Assembly (NCBI GenBank): GCA_035998725.1
Contig: DASYHJ010000003.1
Coordinates: 53,087 to 117,086 of the forward strand
Direction of reading: 5' to 3'
DNA: 64,000 nt
Origin: Pirellulaceae bacterium
GTDB lineage: Bacteria; Planctomycetota; Planctomycetia; Pirellulales; Pirellulaceae
How positions within the stretch are numbered: position 1 is the stretch's first letter; each line of letters starts with the position of its first letter. The notes under the pieces were generated by a model. That model saw nothing but the letters and a program-made list of their open reading frames with translations. It was not told where the DNA came from and ran no database searches. Positions 49,940 through 59,863 of the stretch are shown piece after piece. The translations under genes were made by a program, and so were the position numbers.

Positions 49940-51976
49940 ATGGAGAGGCGCAACGACGAATCGCAGAAGCCGAATGAACAGGGCCAGTTCCTGCGAAGCC
50001 CGCAGTTCTGGCTCGTGGCGGCTCTGCTGACGCTGATCGGCGTTTACGCCCTCGTCACGAACATCTCGACCGCCGACTCGATCAGCCTCGACGTCTTTCG
50101 GCAGCAACTGGCCGAAGGGAACATCGCCGCAGCCGAGATCGGCACGACCGAGATCCGGGGCGAGTTCCGCGTTCCGCCCAAGGCTCCCGTCGTCGATGAA
50201 AGCGGCGACCCCAAGGCGAAGCAGACGCTCAGCAAGAAGTTCCGCGTCACGATTTCCGGCGGCAGCCAGGTCCAGTCGGACTTCGACAAGGAATTCAAAG
50301 CCATCAACGCCCGCTTCCGCGAAGCGGGCGAGCCGGAGAAGGTCGTCGACTACGTCTTCGCCGAGCCGACCGAGCATGTGCTGACGATCATCTGGATGAT
50401 CGCCATCCTGCTGCCTCTGGCGTTCGTGCTCTGGATCTTTCTCCAGTACCGACGCACCCGCAACGACATCATGGGGGGCGGATTCCTCGGCGGCTTCAGT
50501 CGTAGCCCGGCCAAGCGGTACGAAGCGTCGCGCAACGCCGTCACGTTCAAGGACGTGGCGGGTCTGGAAAGCGTGAAGGAGGACCTGCAGGAGATCGTCG
50601 ACTTCCTCAGGTCGCCCGAGAAGTTCCGCAAGCTGGGCGGTCGCATCCCCAAGGGCGTTTTGCTGTTCGGCCCTCCGGGGACGGGCAAGACGCTGCTCGC
50701 TCGCGCCGTCGCGGGCGAAGCGGGCGTACCGTTCTTCTCCGTGAACGGATCCGAGTTCATTCAGATGTTCGTCGGCGTCGGGGCCAGTCGCGTTCGCGAC
50801 CTGTTCCGCACCGCCCGCGAACAGAGCCCGGCGATCATCTTCATCGACGAAATCGACGCCGTCGGGCGCCAGCGCGGCGCCGGCCTGGGCGGCGGTCATG
50901 ACGAACGCGAGCAGACGCTGAACCAGATCCTTAGCGAGATGGACGGCTTCGGCGGGCAGGACTCCGTCATCGTGGTCGCCGCGACCAACCGGCCCGACGT
51001 GCTCGATCCGGCGCTCCTGCGCCCGGGCCGATTCGACCGGCACGTCACCGTCGACCGCCCGAACGTCAAGGCGCGAAAGCAGATCTTCAAGGTTCACGTT
51101 CGCAGCGTCCCCCTGTCGGACGACGTCAACATCGGAGCCCTGGCCGCGAACAGCGCCGGCATGACGGGCGCCGACATCCGCAACGTCGTGAACGAAGCGG
51201 CCCTCTGGGCGGCTCGTCAGAACAAGAACTTCGTCGAAAGCGCCGACTTCGAGCACGCCTACGACAAGGTGACGCTGGGCGCCAAGCGAGACGACCTGCT
51301 CAATCCTCGCGAACGCAAGAAGGCGGCCTACCACGAAGCCGGCCACGCCATCGCCGGCTGGAAGCTGCCCCACGTGGACCCGATTCACAAGGCGACGATC
51401 ATCGCCCGCGGTCGGACCGGCGGTCGCGTGCAGTTCCGCCGCGAGGACGATCAATCCAACATGAGCGAGGCGGAGATCAACGACTGGCTCGTGATGGCGC
51501 TCGCTGGTCGGGCCGCGGAGAAGCTCGTTTTCGACGACGTCAACACCGGCGCCTCGAACGACCTGGAACGGGCGACGCAGCTCGCCCGGAACATGGTCAC
51601 GCAGTGGGGGATGAGCGAGCGGCTCGGCCCCGTCAGCTACAAGCTCTCCGACGAGGATCCCTTTCTCGGACGAGAGATGCATCAGCAGCGTCAGTTCAGC
51701 GAACACACGATGGAGCTGATCGACGAGGAAGTCTCCCGCGTGCTGAACGATTCCTCGCGCAGGGCGACGGATCTGCTTATCGAGCATCGGGCGGAATTCG
51801 AAAAGCTCGCGCAGACGCTGCTCGAACGCGAGGAGTTGACCGAGGCCCAGATCGAAGAGCTGCTCGGTCCCCCGGTCCGGAATCGCCACCGGGAGAAGAA
51901 CGAGGATCCCGCGCACCTCGATCATCCCGACAACTCGTACCTCAACGTCCCGACCGGCGGCGCGCCTGATCGGTAA
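49940..51976 (+). CDS. ftsH: ATP-dependent zinc metalloprotease FtsH
   Basis: TM helices, AAA+ '[11 protein letters not shown]', SRH, and 'HEAGHA' zinc motif. Confidence 0.95.
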   Translation: MERRNDESQKPNEQGQFLRSPQFWLVAALLTLIGVYALVTNISTADSISLDVFRQQLAEGNIAAAEIGTTEIRGEFRVPPKAPVVDESGDPKAKQTLSKKFRVTISGGSQVQSDFDKEFKAINARFREAGEPEKVVDYVFAEPTEHVLTIIWMIAILLPLAFVLWIFLQYRRTRNDIMGGGFLGGFSRSPAKRYEASRNAVTFKDVAGLESVKEDLQEIVDFLRSPEKFRKLGGRIPKGVLLFGPPGTGKTLLARAVAGEAGVPFFSVNGSEFIQMFVGVGASRVRDLFRTAREQSPAIIFIDEIDAVGRQRGAGLGGGHDEREQTLNQILSEMDGFGGQDSVIVVAATNRPDVLDPALLRPGRFDRHVTVDRPNVKARKQIFKVHVRSVPLSDDVNIGALAANSAGMTGADIRNVVNEAALWAARQNKNFVESADFEHAYDKVTLGAKRDDLLNPRERKKAAYHEAGHAIAGWKLPHVDPIHKATIIARGRTGGRVQFRREDDQSNMSEAEINDWLVMALAGRAAEKLVFDDVNTGASNDLERATQLARNMVTQWGMSERLGPVSYKLSDEDPFLGREMHQQRQFSEHTMELIDEEVSRVLNDSSRRATDLLIEHRAEFEKLAQTLLEREELTEAQIEELLGPPVRNRHREKNEDPAHLDHPDNSYLNVPTGGAPDR

Positions 51977-52040
51977 GCGTTCGAAGCTGTCTTTAGGCTG
52001 TCACGTCAGCCGGTGGACTTCGGCATTTCATCGATTGCAT

Positions 52041-52187
52041 GGCGAGCGGGGGATGTTAGTCCCCCGGGTTCGTCGATCGAGCCAAGCGAAGATCGAGGAT
52101 CGACGAGGAAAGTTCGCTCTCGACGCTCGTCGCGTTCGCGACCGAAGTTCGCGAACCGGACTCGGGGGCTCACACCTCCCGCTCGCC
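52041..52187. repeat. Family-C element (inverted GCGAGCGGGGGATGTTAGTCCCCCGGG arms about 90 nt apart)
   Basis: Copy at 52041-52068 and degenerate inverted copy at 52159-52187. Intergenic between ftsH and rsgA. Confidence 0.7.
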
Positions 52188-52233
52188 TCGAGAATCGCCT
52201 TCGAAGAGACCGCCCCTTAGGATCGCTCTCCCT

Positions 52234-53364
52234 ATGGCCAAGAAGCGGGCGAGCAAGGTCCGGGCGGAGTTCCGTAAACACCACGACGCCCGGACGCGGA
52301 AGAAAGACTTCACCAGCCAGGCCTCGCAGCTCGACGGTCTCGACGTCGAAACGGCGGGCGAGCGGATGTCGGGCAAGGGATCGCTCACCCGGCGACGCAC
52401 GCTGATCGGCGCCCAGACGGCGGACGAGGCCTCCGGCGTCTCGATCCTGCGCGAGGTCGATCCCGAGAAGTGCCGGCCGGGACGCGTGCTCAGCGTCCAT
52501 GGGCTGTCCTGCCGGGTCGCGGACGACTCGGGCATCGTCTTTCGCTGCGCGACCCGCGGCATCCTGAAGTCGATCAGCACCGATCAGCGACAGCTCGTCG
52601 CCGCCGGCGACCGGGTGCAGTTCCAGCCGATCGCCGAGCGCGAGGGGGTCATCGAGCGGGTCGAGCCGCGAACGCAGGTGCTCAGTCGCACCAGCCGCAA
52701 CAAGCGCCACGTCATCGCCGCGAACGTCGATCAGCTCCTGATCGTCGGAAGCGCGGCGGAGCCGTATCTCAAGCCGAACCTGATCGACCGGTTCCTCGTC
52801 TCCGCCGAAGCCTCCGGCATCCGTCCGATCATCTGCATCAACAAGATCGACCTGATCGATCCAGCGGAACTGGTCCCGCTGGTCGGCGTCTACTCGCAGA
52901 TGGGCTATCCGACGTTTCTCGTTTCGGTCCATCGCCGGATCAACCTCGACTCGTTGCGAAAACTCTTCCGCGGCAGGCAAACCGCGGTCGCCGGTCAGTC
53001 GGGCGTCGGCAAGTCGAGTCTGCTCAACGCGATCGACGACTCGCTGAAGCTCCGCGTCGCCGAAGTCAGCGCCGAGAATCAGAAGGGGCGCCACACCACG
53101 ACCGCGGCGTCGCTGATTCCGTTCGGCGACGGCTGGCTGGTCGATACGCCGGGAATCCGGCAGTTCCAGCTCTGGGACGTGGCGCCGGAGGAAGTGGAGG
53201 GATACTTCCGCGACCTGCGGCCCTACGTCAGCCTCTGCCGGTACCCGGACTGCACCCACATCGACGAAGAGGACTGCGCCGTGAAGGGCGCCGTCGCCGA
53301 CGGACGCCTCGACCTCCGACGGTACGAGAGCTACGTCCACCTGTTCCAGGGCGACATGGTCTGA
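52234..53364 (+). CDS. rsgA: Ribosome small-subunit-dependent GTPase A
   Basis: Circularly permuted GTPase: 'NVDQLLIV', 'GQSGVGKSSLLNA', 'DTPG', C-terminal zinc finger 'CRYPDCTHIDEEDC'. Confidence 0.85.
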   Translation: MAKKRASKVRAEFRKHHDARTRKKDFTSQASQLDGLDVETAGERMSGKGSLTRRRTLIGAQTADEASGVSILREVDPEKCRPGRVLSVHGLSCRVADDSGIVFRCATRGILKSISTDQRQLVAAGDRVQFQPIAEREGVIERVEPRTQVLSRTSRNKRHVIAANVDQLLIVGSAAEPYLKPNLIDRFLVSAEASGIRPIICINKIDLIDPAELVPLVGVYSQMGYPTFLVSVHRRINLDSLRKLFRGRQTAVAGQSGVGKSSLLNAIDDSLKLRVAEVSAENQKGRHTTTAASLIPFGDGWLVDTPGIRQFQLWDVAPEEVEGYFRDLRPYVSLCRYPDCTHIDEEDCAVKGAVADGRLDLRRYESYVHLFQGDMV

Positions 53365-53722
53365 ATGGGCGTCCGGCGCCGCTCTCCGCGGACGCCGCCG
53401 GTGGACACTTCGGTTGGTCGGCCGGGCCCGCAAGAAATTTTTTCTCGCCGGCGGCTGACGCTCGCTGCGCTCGACGTTTCGCCTCCGTGCTGACCGATGC
53501 CACGTCGATCGCACGGCGCAACCGCTGACGGCGCGAGAGAGTTAGCGGCACGCTCGTTGGAGGCAAGTTTGCCGGAGGCGACCTGCTTTCCCGTCGCCGC
53601 TCGCTTCCCCGTCGCCCCCCTTCGTGAAGCTGCACGTCGCCGCGACAAGCGAACGTGCGTATCGTTTGATAGAACAGAACGAGAGCCCGCCGACGTCTGC
53701 CTCCTCGCCGCAAAGGGATTGG

Positions 53723-55072
53723 ACGATGGTCGAAACCGCATCCGGCTACGAGGAGTTCGACGAACCGGTCTCGTTCGAGTCGGGTCTCGACACGCTGTTG
53801 CTCGGGGCCCATCGCGAGAGCAATAAGGGCCTCGGCTTTCATTCCAAGGCCGCCGGTCGGACCGAAACCAGGGCCGCTCTCTACGACGGCGACGCCCATC
53901 TCTGCACCGTCGCGCCGACGCGTTCCGGCAAAGGGGTCGGCGTCATCGCGCCGAATCTCCTTACCTACCGCGGCCCCGTCGTCGTCTTCGATCCGAAGGG
54001 CGAGAACTACGAAATCACCGCGCGGCGGCGCCGGGAGATGGGGCATCAGGTCGTACGGCTCGACCCGTTCGGCGTCTGCGGCGAAGGGGGCGACTCCTTC
54101 AATCCGCTCGAACTGTTCCAACTCAAGGGGATCGACGTCGAGTGCGATTCGCAGTCGATGGCCTCGCTCCTCTCGCGCGGCATCACCGGGTCGAAGGAAC
54201 CCTTCTGGGACATCAACGGCAGCGGCCTCTCCGCCGGCCTGATCGCCTGCGCGCTGACGCAGGGAGACGAGACCAAGAAGAGCCTGAACTACGTGGTCGA
54301 CGCGCTGACGCGGGATGACGTCGTTTACAACCTCGCCGTCGTGCTCGACACGGTCGGGAAGGAGATCAGCAAGTACGCCCATCGCGAGATCGCCAGCATG
54401 CTCCAGATGCCGGACATCACGCGCGGCGGCGTCCTGGCGACGGCGCAGACCTACTTCAAGCCGTTCATGTCCGACCTGATCGGACGGACGCTGGGCGAGT
54501 CGAGCTTCTCGCTGCAGGACTTCGCCGACGGCAAGCCGATCTCGATTTATCTCGTGCTCCCCCCCAGCCGGCTGCACAGCCATCGCGGGCTGCTCAAGCT
54601 CTGGATGGGAACGCTCCTCGCCGCGATCCTGACGCGGAAGCGGATCCCGCGCCTCCGCACGCTCTTCCTGATCGACGAGGCGGCGCAGCTCGAAAGCTTT
54701 CCGCTGCTCGAGCCGATGATCACCCTCGCGGCAGGCTACGGCGTCTGGGTCCACACCTTCTGGCAGGACCTGTCGCAGCTCAAAACCTGCTATCCGGAAT
54801 CGTGGAAGACCATCCTGAACAACTGCGGCGTGATCCAGACGTTCGGCATCTACAACCGTGACATGGCCGTGCAGTGGGGCGAGTACTTCGACGCCGGCCC
54901 GGCGGAACTTCGCAGCCTGACGCCGGAAGAACAGATCATCGCCATTCACGGACGCGGCGAACTCCGCTGCCGGCGGCTGAACTATCTCACCGACCGCCGC
55001 TTCTCCGGCATGTTCGACAAGAACAGCTTCTACGCGAACCGCCCGACGCCCGGCCAGCCGATGGGGAAGTAA
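53723..55072 (+). CDS. Type IV coupling-protein-like ATPase (TraG/TraD/VirD4 family), soluble, orphan
   Basis: 'APTRSGKGVGVIAPNLL' Walker A, 'VVFDPKGE', C-terminal all-alpha domain. No N-terminal TM helices. The start is uncertain; an alternative TTG/ATG lies at 53624. Confidence 0.55.
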   Translation, partial: TMVETASGYEEFDEPVSFESGLDTLLLGAHRESNKGLGFHSKAAGRTETRAALYDGDAHLCTVAPTRSGKGVGVIAPNLLTYRGPVVVFDPKGENYEITARRRREMGHQVVRLDPFGVCGEGGDSFNPLELFQLKGIDVECDSQSMASLLSRGITGSKEPFWDINGSGLSAGLIACALTQGDETKKSLNYVVDALTRDDVVYNLAVVLDTVGKEISKYAHREIASMLQMPDITRGGVLATAQTYFKPFMSDLIGRTLGESSFSLQDFADGKPISIYLVLPPSRLHSHRGLLKLWMGTLLAAILTRKRIPRLRTLFLIDEAAQLESFPLLEPMITLAAGYGVWVHTFWQDLSQLKTCYPESWKTILNNCGVIQTFGIYNRDMAVQWGEYFDAGPAELRSLTPEEQIIAIHGRGELRCRRLNYLTDRRFSGMFDKNSFYANRPTPGQPMGK

Positions 55073-55100
55073 TCGGAGGCTCGTCCTTCCCCCTACATTT

Positions 55101-55137
55101 GCGCTGGGCGAGGGTCTCCTGATCCCGCCCGTTTTCG
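55101..55137 (+). terminator. Family-B hairpin followed by T-tract (intrinsic terminator)
   Basis: GCGCTGGGCGAGGGTCTCCTGATCCCGCCCGTTTTCGG, 29 nt after the T4CP stop. Confidence 0.6.
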
Positions 55138-55149
55138 GACCGCGGCTGG

Positions 55150-55347
55150 TCAGGGAGGATCGATCCCGAGCAGCTTGAGAAGGAAAACGAGAATCGCGAG
55201 CAGCGGAAGACCGACCGCCGCCCAGACGATCGGCAGCCGCCGCCCGCAGTTAGGGCAGCGCAGCAGCCTCGTCCGAAAGTACGTGCCGCAGCCCTTGCAG
55301 TAACTCGTCATTTCGCCTCTCCCTTCGCGGCAGAATTCTATCGCCAT
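55150..55347 (-). CDS. Small zinc-ribbon membrane protein (65 aa)
   Basis: CKGC...CPNC zinc ribbon plus a C-terminal TM helix. Acceptable codon usage. Unverified. Confidence 0.35.
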   Translation of the reverse strand: MAIEFCREGRGEMTSYCKGCGTYFRTRLLRCPNCGRRLPIVWAAVGLPLLAILVFLLKLLGIDPP

Positions 55348-55421
55348 TTGACCCCGCCGCCGCGGATGACGAGAATGCGGAGCCGCCCCCGGCGCCTCCT
55401 TCCTCGTCTTGCGACGCGATC

Positions 55422-57290
55422 ATGCCCTGTTCTCTGCGCGCAACTCTCCGAACGTTCGCACGCTTCGCGGCGCTCGCCTGCCTTGTCTTCTTCGCAGCTT
55501 CGTCCCTCGCGGCAGCCGACCGGCCGAACATTCTCTGGCTCACCAGCGAAGACAACGGTCCGCACCTGGGGGTCTATGGCGACGAGTACGCCACGACGCC
55601 GAATCTCGACTCGCTCGCGGCGCGGGGGTCGATCTATCTCGCCTGCTGGTCGAACGCCCCCGTCTGCGCACCGGCGCGGACGACGATCATCTCCGGCATG
55701 TATCCCCCCTCGACCGGCGCGGAGCACATGCGGAGCCAGGTCAGTCTGCCGGAAGGATTCCAGACCTATCCGACGCTGCTGCGCGAGGCAGGGTACTACT
55801 GCACGAACAACAGCAAGACGGACTACAACCTGGAACTTGGCAGGATCTGGGATGATTCGAGCGGCAAGGCCCACTGGAAAAATCGCCCGGCAGATTCTCC
55901 CTTCTTCGCCGTCTTCAACGTTACCACGACGCACGAAAGCCAGATCCGCATGCGACCGCATCAGGCGGTGCACGACCCGGCGGGCGTCCGCGTCCCGGCG
56001 TACCATCCCGACATCCCAGAGGTCCGCCAGGACTGGGCGCAGTACTACGACAAGATTACGGAGATGGACGCCGAGATGGGGCGGCGTCTGGCGGAACTCG
56101 AAGAGGCCGGCCTCGCCGACGACACGATCGTCTTCTACTACGGCGACCACGGACCGGGCCTACCGCGCGGCAAGCGTTCGCCCCTCGACTCGGGCCTGCG
56201 GGTGCCGTTGATCGTGCATGTGCCGCAGAAGTACCGCGATCTCGCCCCGGCGGACTGGCAGATCGGCGGCAAGCGGCGGGAGCTTGTCGCCTTCGTCGAC
56301 TTCGCGCCGACGGTCCTCTCGCTCGCGGGAGCCCGGATCCCGCGATACATGCAGGGCAGGGCGTTCCTCGGCACGGAAATCGCGCCGCCGTCGGATTACC
56401 TGTTCGGCTTCCGCGGTCGAATGGACGAACGCTACGACCTCGCGCGGTCGCTGCGCGACGAGCGATACGTCTACGTGCGGAACTTCATGCCCCATCTCCC
56501 CTGGGGGCAGCACAACGAATACATGTTCATCACCCCCACCACGCAGGCCTGGCATCGCCTGCATGAACAGGGAAAGCTGACTCCGGAGCAGGATCTGTTC
56601 TGGCAGCCGAAGCAGACGGAAGAGCTTTACGACCTGCACGCCGACCCGGACGAGGTTCGCAATCTCGCCGGCTCGCCCGCCCATCGCGAGATCCTGGAGC
56701 GGATGCGTTCGGCGCTCTTCGACAAGCTGCTCGCCATGCGGGACGTCGGCTTTCTGCCCGAGCAGGAGATGCTCGACCGCTCGCAGGGGAGCACGCCTTA
56801 CCAGATGGGACATGACGAGGCGAAGTATCCGCTCGAGAAGATTCTTCGGACCGCAGATCTCGCCTCCCAGCGCGATCCGAAGAATTCTGTTGCGCTGCAC
56901 GATGCGCTGGAGGACGAGGACTCCGGCGTGCGCTACTGGGGAACGATGGGGCTTCTGATGCTTGAGAGCGACGCCGTCGCCGAAGCGGAGAGCGCACTCA
57001 TGAAACGGCTCGGCGACGAAAGCCCGTCGGTCCGCGTTCCCGCGGCAGAAGCGCTCGTGCGATTCGGAGCGGCGCCGGCGCGCGAGGCCGGACTCGCCGC
57101 GCTGCAGGAAGTCGCCGAGCGAGGAAGCGCCTATTACGCGTCGGTGCTGGCCCTCGACGCGATCGATCGTCTCGGCCCGCTCGCCGAGCCGATCCTCGAA
57201 GAGGTCCGGGCGATCAAGCCGCCGAAGAATCCGCCCGCCCGCAGCGGCGAATACGTCGAACGCCTGCTGGCGAAGCTGCGAAGCAACTAG
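55422..57290 (+). CDS. Cys-type sulfatase fused to C-terminal HEAT/ARM repeats
   Basis: Signal peptide, 'VCAPARTTIISGMYP' CxPxR, 'LTSEDNGPH'. C-terminal 'EDSGVRYWGTMGLL...SPSVRVPAAEALVRFG' HEAT-like repeats. Confidence 0.8.
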   Translation: MPCSLRATLRTFARFAALACLVFFAASSLAAADRPNILWLTSEDNGPHLGVYGDEYATTPNLDSLAARGSIYLACWSNAPVCAPARTTIISGMYPPSTGAEHMRSQVSLPEGFQTYPTLLREAGYYCTNNSKTDYNLELGRIWDDSSGKAHWKNRPADSPFFAVFNVTTTHESQIRMRPHQAVHDPAGVRVPAYHPDIPEVRQDWAQYYDKITEMDAEMGRRLAELEEAGLADDTIVFYYGDHGPGLPRGKRSPLDSGLRVPLIVHVPQKYRDLAPADWQIGGKRRELVAFVDFAPTVLSLAGARIPRYMQGRAFLGTEIAPPSDYLFGFRGRMDERYDLARSLRDERYVYVRNFMPHLPWGQHNEYMFITPTTQAWHRLHEQGKLTPEQDLFWQPKQTEELYDLHADPDEVRNLAGSPAHREILERMRSALFDKLLAMRDVGFLPEQEMLDRSQGSTPYQMGHDEAKYPLEKILRTADLASQRDPKNSVALHDALEDEDSGVRYWGTMGLLMLESDAVAEAESALMKRLGDESPSVRVPAAEALVRFGAAPAREAGLAALQEVAERGSAYYASVLALDAIDRLGPLAEPILEEVRAIKPPKNPPARSGEYVERLLAKLRSN

Positions 57291-57313
57291 TCGTTCGGCC
57301 GGCTTTGATCGTC

Positions 57314-57419
57314 TCCTTCGGGTGGCACTGGCTCCGCCAGCGCTGTCCCCGCGTCACATTCGATCGAATAGTCGACTCTCTCCTGCTTCGACACTGGCGG
57401 AGCCAGTGCAACCCGAAGG
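57314..57419. repeat. Inverted repeat CCTTCGGGTGGCACTGGCTCCGCCAGCG / reverse complement, with a 48-nt spacer
   Basis: Arms at 57314-57342 and 57391-57419. Weak resemblance to the Family-A arm core (GCCACTG..GCT). Confidence 0.6.
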
Positions 57420-57606
57420 AGAGGATGATCGCGAGCGACGCATCGACGGTCTGCTCCCATCGCGTTTCTCTTCTCTTTCTAGCGAACCGGCGGGTCGACC
57501 GGCTGTCCATGTGACGTCGGCGTCGCGGGCCAGCGGCGTGCGTCGCTCGCGAGAGCGATCCGCGAACGCACGTTCCGGACATGGGTTCTGACGAAGCGGC
57601 GTCGAC

Positions 57607-57683
57607 GCTCGGTTAGCTCAACTGGTTAGAGCGCCAGATGAAGACTCTGGTTGTTGCGGGTTCGATTCCCGTACCGACGACCC
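57607..57683 (+). tRNA. tRNA-like sequence with irregular acceptor stem and anticodon loop (possibly Phe-GAA-like pseudo-tRNA)
   Basis: Canonical D-arm TAGCTCAACTGGTTAGAGC and T-arm GCGGGTTCGATTCCCGT. The acceptor halves GCTCGGT/ACCGACG mispair at positions 1-2. The anticodon loop TGAAGAC has G at position 33. Confidence 0.35.
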
Positions 57684-58382
57684 GGATAGGTTGAACGCCT
57701 GCCCGCCCCGCGACGCTGAAAGGCGTCGCTCCATCGGCCTGACGGAGACGAACGACGCACGATCCGCCTGTCCGTCCAACTTCGCAAGCGTCTCGGCGCC
57801 TGCGAAGGCTGGACGGAACCGGCAACGTGACGGGACGCCCTGCAGCGAGCCGGCGATCGTCGCCGCGACTCGTCGAACGACCGTCGCCGACGCGAACGCA
57901 CTTCGCCGCCGATGTGCAGGCGAGGAACGTTTCGCCGACGCGACGGGTCATCGACGAAGAAGGCGAAGATCCTGCTCGCTCCGCGATCCCTTCGCGCGAT
58001 CGAACGACCGTTCGTCTTCGGAAGGCTTTTTGAGGTTGATCAGAACCTCGAACTGTTGTCCGAATCGCGATTGATCCACCTCGTTGATCGACTTCGACGG
58101 AGCGTGAAATTCTGATCGCGTCGCGACTCCTGCCGAACGACTCGGCAGAGAGATCTTCGCGCCGCCCGACATAGAACGACCGAGATGCTACCGACCGACG
58201 AACCGAGTTGCGGCAGATCGCCCCTCATCGGCTTCGTCGGGCTCGACCCGTTCGTCCTGCCGCATCCGCTCTTTTCGCGGATCGGCGACCAACCGACTTA
58301 CTTCGCGAACCAGGCGTCGCATCGCGCGGCGCCCCGTTCGCATTCTTTCCGTTCGCCCCCTCGAGAAAGGAGGGAGGCCCTG

Positions 58383-59486
58383 ATGTTCCTGCAGCGTCTA
58401 CATATCCGCGAGTTCGAACTCGGCCTGAAGTTCCGGGACGACCAGTTCATCGGCCTGATCGAAACCGGCGTCCGTTGGTTCTTCGACCCGCGCGGTCGCA
58501 CGCGCATCGAGATCGCCAACCTCCGCGCGACGCAGTTCGTGCACCCGCGGCTGGACGAGATCGTGAAGAGCGGTTCCCTGAAGGGTCGTGCGACGATCGT
58601 CGACCTGAAGGACCGCCAGCGCGCGCTCGTCTGGATCGACGGTCGTTTCCACGCGGCGCTGACGCCGGGTCTGTACGTCTACTGGACCGGTCGGAACGAA
58701 GTCCGCGTCGAGACCTTCGACGCCTCTGTCGCGCGTCTGGAGCATCCCGAACTGAAGGCGATCGCGAGAGCGCCGACGGCCCGGCTCGCGCTGGACGTCT
58801 GCACCGTCGACCGCGATCGGGCGGGCGTGCTCTACCTGGACGGTCGCTTCGTCGAGACGCTTCCGCCGGGGCAGTACGCGTTCTGGAAGGGCGCCGAAGA
58901 CGCTCGCGTGGTCGAGGTCGACCTCCGCGAGACGACGGTCGAGATCCTGGGTCAGGAGATCATGACCGCCGACAAGGTGACGCTGCGGCTGAACGCCCTG
59001 GCGACGTACCGCATCGTCGATCCCCGAAAGGCGGTCAGCGAGTCGGACGACGTTCGCCAGGCGATCTACCGCGAGGCGCAACTTGCCCTTCGTGCGGCGA
59101 TCGGTGCGCGGGAACTGGACCAGATCCTGGCGGACAAGGAGTCCGTGTCGGTCGAGGCCTTCGCCGCGCTGCAGGAGCGTGCCGCGCGACTAGGTCTCGC
59201 CGTCACGACGGTCGGCGTACGCGATCTGATCCTGCCGGGCGACATGAAGGAGCTGATGAACAAGGTCATGGAGGCCCGCAAGGCCGCCGAGGCCAACCTC
59301 ATCGTCCGCCGGGAAGAGACCGCGGCCATCCGCAGCCAGGCCAACACGGCCAAGCTGCTGACGGACAACCCGGGCCTGATGCGCATGCGGGAACTGGAGA
59401 TCCTCGAGCGCATCGCCACGAGCGGCAAGCTCCAGATCGTCGCCGGCAAGAAGGGCCTCGCCGACCGGATCGTGAACCTGATCTGA
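58383..59486 (+). CDS. SPFH/Band-7 domain protein with N-terminal duplicated beta-rich module
   Basis: RBS GGAGGGAGG followed by ATG. Internal repeats 'VWIDGRFHAALTPGLYVYWTG' and 'LYLDGRFVETLPPGQYAFWKG'. C-terminal SPFH core with coiled-coil 'KVMEARKAAEANLI'. Confidence 0.65.
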   Translation: MFLQRLHIREFELGLKFRDDQFIGLIETGVRWFFDPRGRTRIEIANLRATQFVHPRLDEIVKSGSLKGRATIVDLKDRQRALVWIDGRFHAALTPGLYVYWTGRNEVRVETFDASVARLEHPELKAIARAPTARLALDVCTVDRDRAGVLYLDGRFVETLPPGQYAFWKGAEDARVVEVDLRETTVEILGQEIMTADKVTLRLNALATYRIVDPRKAVSESDDVRQAIYREAQLALRAAIGARELDQILADKESVSVEAFAALQERAARLGLAVTTVGVRDLILPGDMKELMNKVMEARKAAEANLIVRREETAAIRSQANTAKLLTDNPGLMRMRELEILERIATSGKLQIVAGKKGLADRIVNLI

Positions 59487-59501
59487 GTTGATAAGATCCG
59501 A

Positions 59502-59622
59502 GGGGCGCTGGGGCGCGGGTCTCCTGACCCCGCCCCTTCTCGAATCCCCTCCGCGCGGGGCGCAGGTCTCCTGACCTCGCCCCTCAGTGGCAGGCGCGTG
59601 CGGGTCTCCTGACCCGCCCCTC
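59502..59622. repeat. Family-B tandem hairpin array (3 units of GGGCGCGGGTCTCCTGACCCCGCCCCT)
   Basis: Units at 59502-59537, 59551-59584, and 59590-59622. The same unit occurs at 38-187 (4 units) and 55101-55131. Confidence 0.8.
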
Positions 59623-59656
59623 TTCGCCTCGGCAAAGCTCAGCTACCGCCCCGAAT

Positions 59657-59845
59657 TCAGGAGCGCTCCTCGGCCGTTCCGGCCTTCGCTTCGGCGGCCG
59701 CCAGGCACCTCTCGCAGTACCAGGGCGCCGGCGTGATCACCGGCTGCGGGCTTCGCTTGCGGCACTTCGCGCACAGGTAACGCTTGCCTCGAACGGCCGT
59801 TCGAGGGCGAAGTCGTCGTCCGGAAGTATCGCTTTTCTCGCCCAT
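59657..59845 (-). CDS. Small zinc-ribbon protein (62 aa), tentative
   Basis: CAKC...CERC motif. Lies 19 nt downstream of the PQQ propeller gene. Confidence 0.3.
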   Translation of the reverse strand: MGEKSDTSGRRLRPRTAVRGKRYLCAKCRKRSPQPVITPAPWYCERCLAAAEAKAGTAEERS

Positions 59846-59863
59846 GGCTCTGTTCCGATTCGC

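Noticed and set aside
53624-55072. Integrative conjugative element around the T4CP-like gene
   Set aside because: No relaxase, VirB4 or VirB components, integrase or att-like repeats are found nearby. Neighbours are housekeeping genes with native composition.
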